A stretch of DNA of 64,000 nt from the NCBI GenBank assembly GCA_011390935.1, contig JAABRL010000005.1:27915-91914 (forward strand), in the 5' to 3' direction. Numbering within the stretch: position 1 is the stretch's first letter; every line of letters begins with the position of its first letter. The notes under the pieces are model-generated. The model saw only the letters and a program-made list of their open reading frames with translations, was not told the DNA's origin and did no database searches. The DNA comes from Gemmatimonas sp. GTDB taxonomy: Bacteria; Gemmatimonadota; Gemmatimonadetes; Gemmatimonadales; Gemmatimonadaceae. Below, one piece after another: positions 9,574-18,605 of this stretch. The translations under genes were made by a program, and so were the position numbers.

Positions 9574-10767
9574 TCAGCTCGTGGGCGGATTGAACGGCGC
9601 GTGCTGCGCATCGAGCCAGCTCTGATGGTACCGCTCGTCCTCGATCTCACGCGCGGCGCGTGCAATCGTGAGCGGACGGAACGAGTCCATCATGACCGCC
9701 AGCTCGTTCGTGTACTTGGCACCGATCGACGCTTCGGCACGTCCCGGATGCGGGCCGTGCGGCAGACCATCGGGGTGATGCGTGATCGACCCGTATTCGA
9801 TGCCCTTGCGGCTCATGAACTCGCTCGAGGCATAGAACAGCACCTCGTCGGAGTCCACGTTGCTGTGATTGTACGGCGCCGGAATGGCCTCGGGATCGAA
9901 GTCGTACGGGCGCGGGCAGAAGGAGCAGATCACGAACCCGTCGCCCGCAAACGTCTGGTGCACCGGCGGCGGCTGATGAATGCGTCCCACGATCGGCTCG
10001 AAGTCGTGAATGCTGAACGCCCACGGATAGAAGTGGCCGTCCCATCCGACCACGTCGAACGGGTGGTGATCGAGCACCAGCTCGTTGATCGCGTTGTACT
10101 GCTTCACGAAGATCGGAAACTCGCCGCGCTCGTCATGCGCCTCGGCCAGCTGCGGACGCCGGATGTCACGCTCGGAGTACGGCGCGCCCTCGAGCATCTG
10201 CCCCACGTCGTTTCGATAGCGCGATGGAATGCGCACGTGACCGCGGCTCTCCATCACGAGCAGCTTCGTGCGCCCCTTGGACGGATCGAGGCGCCAGCGA
10301 TGCGTGATGTTGCGGTGAATGACCACATAGTCGCCGCTGCGATACGGCAGCTCACCAAACACCGACTCGAGCACGCCTTCGCCTTCTACCACGTACACCA
10401 CTTCATCCGCCTGCGAGTTGCGATAGAAGTGTGCATCGATGACATCGGGCTCGACGTACAGCATGCCGATGTCGCTGTTGAACAGCAGCGGCACGCGCGA
10501 CATGGTGGGGGAGCCACCGGGGGCGAGGCGCGACGTGAGGAAGTGCCGATGGCGCAGCGAGGTGTCGGTATCGGGCTCCCATACGATGTCCGCGACCTTG
10601 CGAGCCCGAAGGACCGTGGTGGGCGGATGCACGTGATAGAGCAGCGACGACGTGCCCACGAACCCTTCGTGTCCCATCAGCTCTTCGGCGTACAGCCCGC
10701 CGTCCGGGCGACGGAACACGATGTGCCGCTTGCGCGGAATCTGACCCAGCGTGTGGTAGAGAGGCAT
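9574..10767 (-). CDS. hmgA: Homogentisate 1,2-dioxygenase
   Basis: 397-aa cupin-type protein. MPLYHTLGQIPRKRHIVFR...EELMGHEGF at the N-terminus and HHPDGLPHGPHPG near the C-terminus match the short HmgA family. Confidence 0.9.
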   Translation of the reverse strand: MPLYHTLGQIPRKRHIVFRRPDGGLYAEELMGHEGFVGTSSLLYHVHPPTTVLRARKVADIVWEPDTDTSLRHRHFLTSRLAPGGSPTMSRVPLLFNSDIGMLYVEPDVIDAHFYRNSQADEVVYVVEGEGVLESVFGELPYRSGDYVVIHRNITHRWRLDPSKGRTKLLVMESRGHVRIPSRYRNDVGQMLEGAPYSERDIRRPQLAEAHDERGEFPIFVKQYNAINELVLDHHPFDVVGWDGHFYPWAFSIHDFEPIVGRIHQPPPVHQTFAGDGFVICSFCPRPYDFDPEAIPAPYNHSNVDSDEVLFYASSEFMSRKGIEYGSITHHPDGLPHGPHPGRAEASIGAKYTNELAVMMDSFRPLTIARAAREIEDERYHQSWLDAQHAPFNPPTS

Positions 10768-10782
10768 GCGCGACGTGTCCGG

Positions 10783-11973
<1,191 letters not shown>

Positions 11974-11985
11974 CTACCCCGAAAC

Positions 11986-12933
11986 CTAAGGGGCGGCCAC
12001 CACCGCGGCCACGAAGCTCTCGAGGTCCTCCTGACTGACGGCCGGCTCGCCGCCCGCCACGTGATCGAGCCGCCCCTCGCGCACCCACTGTTCCAGGCGC
12101 CCCACCTCGTCGAACAGCTGCTCGAAGGAGTCGATGATGAACAGCAGCGGCTGCATGGAGTGGAAGTCGAAGCCCTGGTTGACCACCCACTCGATCTGGA
12201 AGGGCACGCGCTGCACGTTCGGCGACTCGCACGCAGGTCCCAGCTCCCCGAGGGAGCTGAGCAACCCCGAGCCGTAGGCCCGCACGCCGTTGAGCGATGC
12301 GCCCGTGGGGTCGCGCATGAGGCCGAACTCCACCGTGAACCAGAAGAAGCGGGCGAGCGCTCGCTGCACCGACCCCAGCCGCGCCAGTCGATCGGCGTCG
12401 ATCTCTCCGTTGGCACCATCAGCCAGTCGCTCCGCCGCCGCCCGAGCCACCTCTCCGAATCGCACCAGCGCGTTGGCGAACGCCGCGTCCGTGTGCATCG
12501 GCACGTGCCCGGCGATGTCGTGGAAGATGTCCGGCTCAGGGAGATAGTCGAGACGCCCCCCGTCCCGAATGGTGATCGTGGTGGGGAACTCGCGCTTGCG
12601 CAAGCATTCGAAGAACTGATAGGCCGGCACGTAGCCCGCCACGGCTTTCGCGCGAAAGCCCGTCAGCGGCGCCATGAAGGCGTTCACGTCTTCCAGGCGC
12701 GGCACACGATCGAGATCGAAGCGCAGCGTGGCCAGTCCTTCGAGAAAGCGCGCGTTCGCGAAGCGTGCCCACGGCTCCTGCATGCGCGCATACAAACGGC
12801 GCCAGGTGTCGTGATTGTCTTCGCTGTACATCTCGTATGGCTGCGTGATGAACAGATTGCCGCTTTCGCGCGCCTGCTCGATGAACGGTGCGGCCGACGT
12901 GGTCAATCCGAGCGGAGTGGTTGTTGCCGTCAT
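11986..12933 (-). CDS. phhA: Phenylalanine 4-hydroxylase (pterin-dependent aromatic amino-acid hydroxylase)
   Basis: YSEDNHDTWRRLY...FPTTITIRDGGRLDYLPEPDIFHDIAGHVPMH contains the iron-binding His pair context of bacterial PhhA. Trimmed to the ATG at 12933. Confidence 0.9.
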   Translation of the reverse strand: MTATTTPLGLTTSAAPFIEQARESGNLFITQPYEMYSEDNHDTWRRLYARMQEPWARFANARFLEGLATLRFDLDRVPRLEDVNAFMAPLTGFRAKAVAGYVPAYQFFECLRKREFPTTITIRDGGRLDYLPEPDIFHDIAGHVPMHTDAAFANALVRFGEVARAAAERLADGANGEIDADRLARLGSVQRALARFFWFTVEFGLMRDPTGASLNGVRAYGSGLLSSLGELGPACESPNVQRVPFQIEWVVNQGFDFHSMQPLLFIIDSFEQLFDEVGRLEQWVREGRLDHVAGGEPAVSQEDLESFVAAVVAAP

Positions 12934-13013
12934 GCGATCGTGTGCGGTTGCGATGCGGGAACCGGGGTGGTCTCGCCACGGCGTAAACGCACTCGGCGCC
13001 GAACGAGTGCCCG

Positions 13014-13038
13014 CCAATATTGGGCGTCACAACGTGAC
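13014..13038. promoter_or_regulatory. Paired palindromes upstream of phhA: CCAATATTGG and GTCAC-AAC-GTGAC
   Basis: A perfect 10-bp palindrome at 13014-13023 and a perfect 5-3-5 palindrome at 13026-13038. Both lie in the 140-nt gap between the aacS stop and the phhA start. Confidence 0.45.
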
Positions 13039-13072
13039 AACGCTCACCGCCGGGCCGCTCGCGCGCGTCGCG

Positions 13073-15091
13073 TCAGCCCTGAAGCGCCGGATGGGCCGAG
13101 AACTCGGCAAGCGACTCGGGGTTGGCCAGCGCCTCCACGTTCTTCACGGCACGTCCGTGAATGAGCTCGCGCACCGCCAACTCGCTGATCTTGCCGCTCC
13201 GAGTGCGTGGCAGGTCGGACACCGCGGCGATCACGCGCGGCACATGATGCGGACTCGTGTTGGCGCGAATGCGATCGCCAATACGCGTACGCAAGGCATC
13301 GTCGAGCGTGCATCCGGCCGCGAGTCGTACAAACAGCACCACACGCGCCTCCGTGGCACCGCTTCCCATGGGCGCGTGCTCGGTGACCAGACTCTCCACG
13401 ATCTCCGGCATGGTTTCGACCTGCCGGTAGATCTCCGCCGTGCCGATGCGCACGCCACCGGGATTGAGCGTGGCGTCGCTGCGCCCGTGGATCACCAGTC
13501 CGTCGCGCAACGTGAGCTCGGCCCAATCACCGTGGCGCCACACGCCCTCGAAGTGTTCGAAGTACGCGGCGCGATAGCGCGCGCCGTCGGGATCGTTCCA
13601 GAAGCACACGGGCATGCTCGGGAAGGGCCGGGTACACACCAGCTCGCCGGCGCTGCCGCGCAGTGACTGCCCCGCATCGTCCCACACGTCCACGGCCATG
13701 CCGAGCCCGCGCATCTGCAGCTCGCCACGATACACCGCGCCCGTGGGGTCACCAAGCGCAAAGCACGACACGATATCCGTACCGCCGCTGATGCTTGCCA
13801 ACTGCACGCGTGGCGCGATGTCTCGGTACACGAAGTCGTACGAATGCTCGGCCAGTGGACTGCCGGTGGACAGGATCGCGCGCAGCCGCGACAGATTGGC
13901 GACGTCACGAGGGCGCACCTCGCTCTTTTCGAGCGCGGCCAGATACTTCGCACTCGTACCGAAGACCGTGATCCCTTCCTCCGCCGCCATGCGCCAGAGA
14001 ATGGCGGGATCGCTCGCAGGCATGGGTGCGCCGTCGTACAGCACGATCGTGGAACCCAGCGCGAGCGCGGACACCAGCCAGTTCCACATCATCCAGCCGC
14101 ACGTGGTGAAATAGAACAGCACGTCGCGTTCGCCAAGATCGGTGTGCAGTGCGTGCTCCTTCACATGCTGCAGCATGGTGCCACCGCCGCCGTGCACGAT
14201 GCATTTGGGCAAGCCGGTCGTGCCCGACGAGTACAAGATGTACAGCGGATGATCGAACGGCAGACGCGCAAAGGTGAGCGGGTTCGTCGCGGCAGCCGCG
14301 AGCGCATCGTGCCAGTGTGCGGCGTTCGAGAGGCCGTCGAGCGCGCTGCGTGCGTCCCCTCGCGAGACCACCCATGTGGCTCGCACCGACGGCAGCCGCG
14401 CGACGACCTCGCGCACTCGCGGCATCACATCGATCTGCCGGCCCGCATACCGGTACGTGTCGGCCACGATGAGCACCGTCGGTTCGATCTGCCCGAAGCG
14501 ATCGAGCACGCCCTCCGTGCCGAAGTCGGGAGAGCAGGACGACCAGATCGCCCCCAGCGACGCGGTCGCCAGCATTGCGATCACCGCCTCCGGAATGTTC
14601 GGCAACCATCCCGCCACCCGATCGCCGGTCGTCACGCCACGTGCCCGCAACGCCTCCGCGCATCGAGCCACCTCGCGCGCCAGCTCCGCGAAGCTCAGCA
14701 CACGCTCACGCCCGGCTTCCGTCCAACTCACGATGGCCGGATGATCATCACGCCGCCGCAGCATCTGCTCGGCGGCGTTCAGTCGGGCCCCGGGAAACCA
14801 GCGTGGTCCGAGCGCCGCGTCGGGCGGCGCCATACGATCGAGTCCCTGCACCACGGCGTCGTACGGCGCGCCGTGCGCCAGCGTCTCACACGTGAAGTTG
14901 GCGTACGCCCACATCGCTTCCCAGAAGCGCGCCGGCTCGCGCACGCTCCACTGCCAGAGCGTATGCGCGTCCGTGACCTCGACGGGCACGACATCACGCG
15001 CCTGCAACTCGCGCAGGAAGCGATGCAGGCGCGTCTGTTCGACCGCCTGAGGCGCAGGGGTCCAGAGCGGCGTGGGTGTGTCGTCGGCCAT
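13073..15091 (-). CDS. Acetoacetyl-CoA synthetase (acetoacetate-CoA ligase)
   Basis: About 670 aa. N-terminus TPLWTPAPQAVEQTRLHRFLREL..., AMP-binding core YILYSSGTTGLPKCIVHGGGG, and a C-terminus with TRSGKISELAVRE. Typical AacS architecture. Trimmed to the ATG at 15091. Confidence 0.85.
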   Translation of the reverse strand: MADDTPTPLWTPAPQAVEQTRLHRFLRELQARDVVPVEVTDAHTLWQWSVREPARFWEAMWAYANFTCETLAHGAPYDAVVQGLDRMAPPDAALGPRWFPGARLNAAEQMLRRRDDHPAIVSWTEAGRERVLSFAELAREVARCAEALRARGVTTGDRVAGWLPNIPEAVIAMLATASLGAIWSSCSPDFGTEGVLDRFGQIEPTVLIVADTYRYAGRQIDVMPRVREVVARLPSVRATWVVSRGDARSALDGLSNAAHWHDALAAAATNPLTFARLPFDHPLYILYSSGTTGLPKCIVHGGGGTMLQHVKEHALHTDLGERDVLFYFTTCGWMMWNWLVSALALGSTIVLYDGAPMPASDPAILWRMAAEEGITVFGTSAKYLAALEKSEVRPRDVANLSRLRAILSTGSPLAEHSYDFVYRDIAPRVQLASISGGTDIVSCFALGDPTGAVYRGELQMRGLGMAVDVWDDAGQSLRGSAGELVCTRPFPSMPVCFWNDPDGARYRAAYFEHFEGVWRHGDWAELTLRDGLVIHGRSDATLNPGGVRIGTAEIYRQVETMPEIVESLVTEHAPMGSGATEARVVLFVRLAAGCTLDDALRTRIGDRIRANTSPHHVPRVIAAVSDLPRTRSGKISELAVRELIHGRAVKNVEALANPESLAEFSAHPALQG

Positions 15092-15096
15092 CGTGG

Positions 15097-15447
15097 TCAC
15101 GCCGGCGGATCCTCGGCACGCGCCACCGCGACCGCCGGGCACGTGGCCCCATGCGCCTCGCAGTACCAGCCATGACGATCATGGAACACCAGATGCGGCG
15201 CCTCGACTGCGCGCAAGCGGACGCGCACGAGATCCTCGACCCCGGTCCGCGGACCGACGTTCGCACGCGGATCCAGCCGTTCGACGCTCGGTCGCTCCGG
15301 GAAGAGATCGATCTGCACGGCAGCGGGCGCCACGGGGGCGCTTCGCACGGGTGTCGTGCGACCGGTGCGTTTGGGACTCGAAGGCATGTCGGGAATGCTC
15401 GCCAATGCGACGGCTGGGCACCAGAGGCGTCGCGTGGATCTCACCAC
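15097..15447 (-). CDS. Small hypothetical Cys/His protein
   Basis: ORF with high third-position GC. C-terminal HLVFHDRHGWYCEAHGATCP motif. Start is either the GTG at 15447 or the ATG at 15387. Its stop lies 5 nt from the aacS start. Confidence 0.4.
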   Translation of the reverse strand: MVRSTRRLWCPAVALASIPDMPSSPKRTGRTTPVRSAPVAPAAVQIDLFPERPSVERLDPRANVGPRTGVEDLVRVRLRAVEAPHLVFHDRHGWYCEAHGATCPAVAVARAEDPPA

Positions 15448-15456
15448 GCGGCGCCC

Positions 15457-16023
15457 TCACCCCCAGCTCATCTCCCACTCGCAGAAGGCGTCCCCGCGCA
15501 AGGAGCAGCGTACGTGCCGCACCCGCGGTGCCACGCCGCCTGCCAGTTCGACCGATCGGGCGAGTCCCCCCACCTGCCGGCGACAGAACAGGTCGGTACC
15601 CGGATCGAATCCCACGAGGCGCAGCACAGCACCCTTCGGCTCTTCGTGCACCACCCGCATGTCGCCCGGCGCATAGAAGAGGCGAAAGAGCGACACGCTC
15701 TGCGTGAGGAAATCGGTTGGAGTGGGCTTGCGCAGGATCCCGCTATACAACTGCACGCCCATGGACTCGATGCTGAAGGTGCCCGCCTGCTCAGCCCATT
15801 GCGGCGTGGACTCGGCCACCTCCGCGTCGATCGCGCGCCACAGCGCGATGATCCGATCGTACGGCACATCGTCGGTGGCGGTCACGCTCGCCAGCGCAGC
15901 AGCGTCCGCTGGAGGCAGCGCATCGAGCACACGCTGCCGTGTTGCCGCGCCGAACGCGTGCTCCACGAACGCGACGGTGCCACGCACCGCCGCCCCCTTC
16001 GCCGACGCCGCGTTCGAGCGCAT
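15457..16023 (-). CDS. V4R/DUF2378-like small-molecule-binding domain protein
   Basis: 188 aa. The C-terminal ...VRCSLRGDAFCEWEMSW resembles the C-x-x-G-D-x-x-C-x-F/W ending of V4R (4-vinyl-reductase-type) domains. The ATG at 16023 overlaps the upstream TGA by 1 nt (TGATG). Confidence 0.5.
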   Translation of the reverse strand: MRSNAASAKGAAVRGTVAFVEHAFGAATRQRVLDALPPADAAALASVTATDDVPYDRIIALWRAIDAEVAESTPQWAEQAGTFSIESMGVQLYSGILRKPTPTDFLTQSVSLFRLFYAPGDMRVVHEEPKGAVLRLVGFDPGTDLFCRRQVGGLARSVELAGGVAPRVRHVRCSLRGDAFCEWEMSWG

Positions 16024-17588
16024 CAGGCGGATACCGTGGGGCAACCCGCCCGCTGCGCCTGTACCAGCGCGGCGATCGCGCGACGATCGATCTTGCCTGA
16101 ACCGAGCTTCGGGAGCGCGTCGAGGAAGAGCACCTCGCGCGGCACCTTGTAACCGGCGAGACGCGCGCGCACATCGGCGAGCACCGTGCTGCCCTGCACC
16201 TGATCGTGTCCCGCAACACGAACGAGCACGGCACAGCCCACTTCGCCCCACTTGGCGTCGGGAACCGCGATCACCGACGCTTCGGCGATGCCGCGGCAGT
16301 TGAGCAGCGCGGCTTCAACCTCTCCGGGAAACACATTTTCGCCGCCGGAGATGAACATCTCCTTGCGACGCCCACGAATCGCCCACACGCCGTCGGCGCC
16401 ACAACGCGCGAGATCGCCCGTGCGCAGCCAACCGTCGGGCGTCATCACCTCGGCCGTGCGGTCCGGCGCATTGAAATAGCCACCGAACAGCTGCGGGCCA
16501 CGCAACTGCAGCTCACCGATCTCGTCGTGTCCTGCGGCGTGGCCGTCGTCATCAACCAGCCGCATCTGCAGGTGCTGCACCGGATGACCCACCGTGCCGG
16601 GTCGCGCGCGCGCGAGTGCGGTCGTGGTCGCGAAACAGTTGGGCCCGCACTCGGTGAGTCCGTACCCCTCGCGAAAGTGATAACCCGCATCCCACACCGC
16701 GTCCCGCACTCGCTGGGGGCAAGGCGCTCCGCCTGCCACGAACCAACGCAGCGCGGGCAGCGGTTCGCCCCACGTGGGACGCGTCCGCAGGATGTCGAGC
16801 TGCGTGGGCACACCGAACGCCACCGTGATGCGCTCATCCCGCATGGTCCCAAGCAGTGCATCGGGTTCAAACCCATCGATCATGACCAGGCGCCCACCCG
16901 CCTGGAGCAGCGGCAGTGTGAACACGCCCCACCCCCCGGTGTGAAAGAGCGGCGTCGCCAACGGGGCGATGTCCGAGGCCGAGAGCTCCCACGACATATT
17001 CGTCGCCACCGCATTCCAGTGCAGCTGCCGGTGCGGCATGATCACGCCCTTGGGCACGCCGGTACTGCCGGACGTATACAGCAACATCGCCACATCGTCG
17101 GCGTGTGCAGCCGTGGCAGGTACGGTGATCGCGCGCGCAAGCAGCGCTGGTGCCTCGCGGTCGAGATCGCACCACACCGGCTCCCGCACGCCCGCCGCCC
17201 GGATCGCGGTTTCGGCGGTGGCGCGGAAGCGTTCGTCGCCAAGCAGGACGGTGGGCGCAGCATCGGCGAGCACGAGCGCCTGCTCTGCCGCCGCGAGCCG
17301 CCAGTTGAGCGGCACCAGCGACGCGCCTATCCGATTCGCACCGAACAGCAGTGCGACGTGATCCACGCGATTGCCGGCCAACACGGCTACGCGATCACCA
17401 GCGCGCGCGCCCAGGGTGAAGAGCACGCCCGCCCATCGATCGGCAAGCTGGTGCAGTGCACCGTAGCTGTGCCGCATGTGCTGCGCCGGATCCACCACCG
17501 CAATGCGTGCCGGATCGTGTGCGGCCCACCACGCCACCGGATCAAACCGATCCAGCGCCGGTGCTGACACGCGGAATCCTGCAGTCAT
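16023..17588 (-). CDS. AMP-dependent acyl-CoA synthetase/ligase (class I adenylate-forming)
   Basis: LLYTSGSTGVPKGV (A3), YGLTE, TGDLA and the terminal GKIDRRA lysine motif. The ATG at 17588 forms an ATGA overlap with the esterase stop. Confidence 0.85.
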   Translation of the reverse strand: MTAGFRVSAPALDRFDPVAWWAAHDPARIAVVDPAQHMRHSYGALHQLADRWAGVLFTLGARAGDRVAVLAGNRVDHVALLFGANRIGASLVPLNWRLAAAEQALVLADAAPTVLLGDERFRATAETAIRAAGVREPVWCDLDREAPALLARAITVPATAAHADDVAMLLYTSGSTGVPKGVIMPHRQLHWNAVATNMSWELSASDIAPLATPLFHTGGWGVFTLPLLQAGGRLVMIDGFEPDALLGTMRDERITVAFGVPTQLDILRTRPTWGEPLPALRWFVAGGAPCPQRVRDAVWDAGYHFREGYGLTECGPNCFATTTALARARPGTVGHPVQHLQMRLVDDDGHAAGHDEIGELQLRGPQLFGGYFNAPDRTAEVMTPDGWLRTGDLARCGADGVWAIRGRRKEMFISGGENVFPGEVEAALLNCRGIAEASVIAVPDAKWGEVGCAVLVRVAGHDQVQGSTVLADVRARLAGYKVPREVLFLDALPKLGSGKIDRRAIAALVQAQRAGCPTVSA

Positions 17589-18601
17589 CGGGCGTCCCCC
17601 GCCTGCTCGAGTTGCTGCAGGAACGCAAACAGCATCGCCGTGGCATCTGGTGCGTCTGGCGCCGTGTAGCTGCCGCTTGCATCTCCGCCAGACCACGCGT
17701 GGCCAAGGGTGGGCACGCGAAGTGCCATCAGCCACACCCGCCCGCGTGCATCCCCCTCGACGTGTACGTGTGACGCATCAATGCCAGCAGGACGCCATGC
17801 CAGAGGCGCGAGTACGATCTCAAGCGCCTGCAACAGACCGCGCCACTGCGCGAGCAGTGCATCGGCGTTGCGCGGCGAGACCACCGCATCCGACTCGCCA
17901 TGCATCACCAGCAGCGGCACGGCGCGCGCCGAGTCGCCCATGCGTTGGCGCACGAACTCCGCCGACGCGCGCGTCGCCGCCGGACCATTGCGCATCGCCA
18001 GCAGCGCCTCCCCCACGTTGCTTGCTGCCCCCACGGGGACGCCGCTGGCTACGGTGAGCGACGCGAACCGCTCCGGGAACGCCGTCGCCAGCAGCGCTGC
18101 CATCGCCCCGCCGGCCGACAGCCCGCCAAGGTGAACGCGCGATGCACTCACGCCGTGTTCGCGCCGCAGCGAGTCGATCAACGCCGCCAACAGCGCCACC
18201 TCGCCACCCTCGCGCCCGTGCTGGCTCGGCTCGTACCAGTTCCAACAGCGCTGCGGATGCGACTCGGCCCCCTGCTCGGGCAACAAGACCAGCATCCCAT
18301 GCGCTTCCGCATGCTGCTCGACGCGCGTACCGCGAGCGAAGTCGGCCGCATCCTGCGTACATCCGTGCAGCATCACCAGCAACGATTGCGGACCGGCGCT
18401 GCGGCGCGACGGCACATACAGCCGCCACGCCCGCGCCTCGTCGGCAACCACAAACCGACCTTCGATGATCTGCCCCGGCAAGGTGTCCACCCCCAGCGCT
18501 CCCGATGTGTTGGCCTCGCGCCCGGACGTCGGCACTGCCGCGGCGATCGGCGAGACGCCGACCACCGCCGCCAGACTCACCGCCCATCGCCACGAGGTCA
18601 T
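17585..18601 (-). CDS. Secreted esterase of the PHB-depolymerase / feruloyl-esterase (LpqC, CE1-like) family
   Basis: Signal peptide MTSWRWAVSLAAVVGVSPIAAA. LLVMLHGCTQDAADF...CWNWY...VHLGGLSAGGAMAA (nucleophile elbow GLSAGG). Trimmed to the ATG at 18601. Confidence 0.8.
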   Translation of the reverse strand: MTSWRWAVSLAAVVGVSPIAAAVPTSGREANTSGALGVDTLPGQIIEGRFVVADEARAWRLYVPSRRSAGPQSLLVMLHGCTQDAADFARGTRVEQHAEAHGMLVLLPEQGAESHPQRCWNWYEPSQHGREGGEVALLAALIDSLRREHGVSASRVHLGGLSAGGAMAALLATAFPERFASLTVASGVPVGAASNVGEALLAMRNGPAATRASAEFVRQRMGDSARAVPLLVMHGESDAVVSPRNADALLAQWRGLLQALEIVLAPLAWRPAGIDASHVHVEGDARGRVWLMALRVPTLGHAWSGGDASGSYTAPDAPDATAMLFAFLQQLEQAGDAR

Positions 18602-18605
18602 ACGA

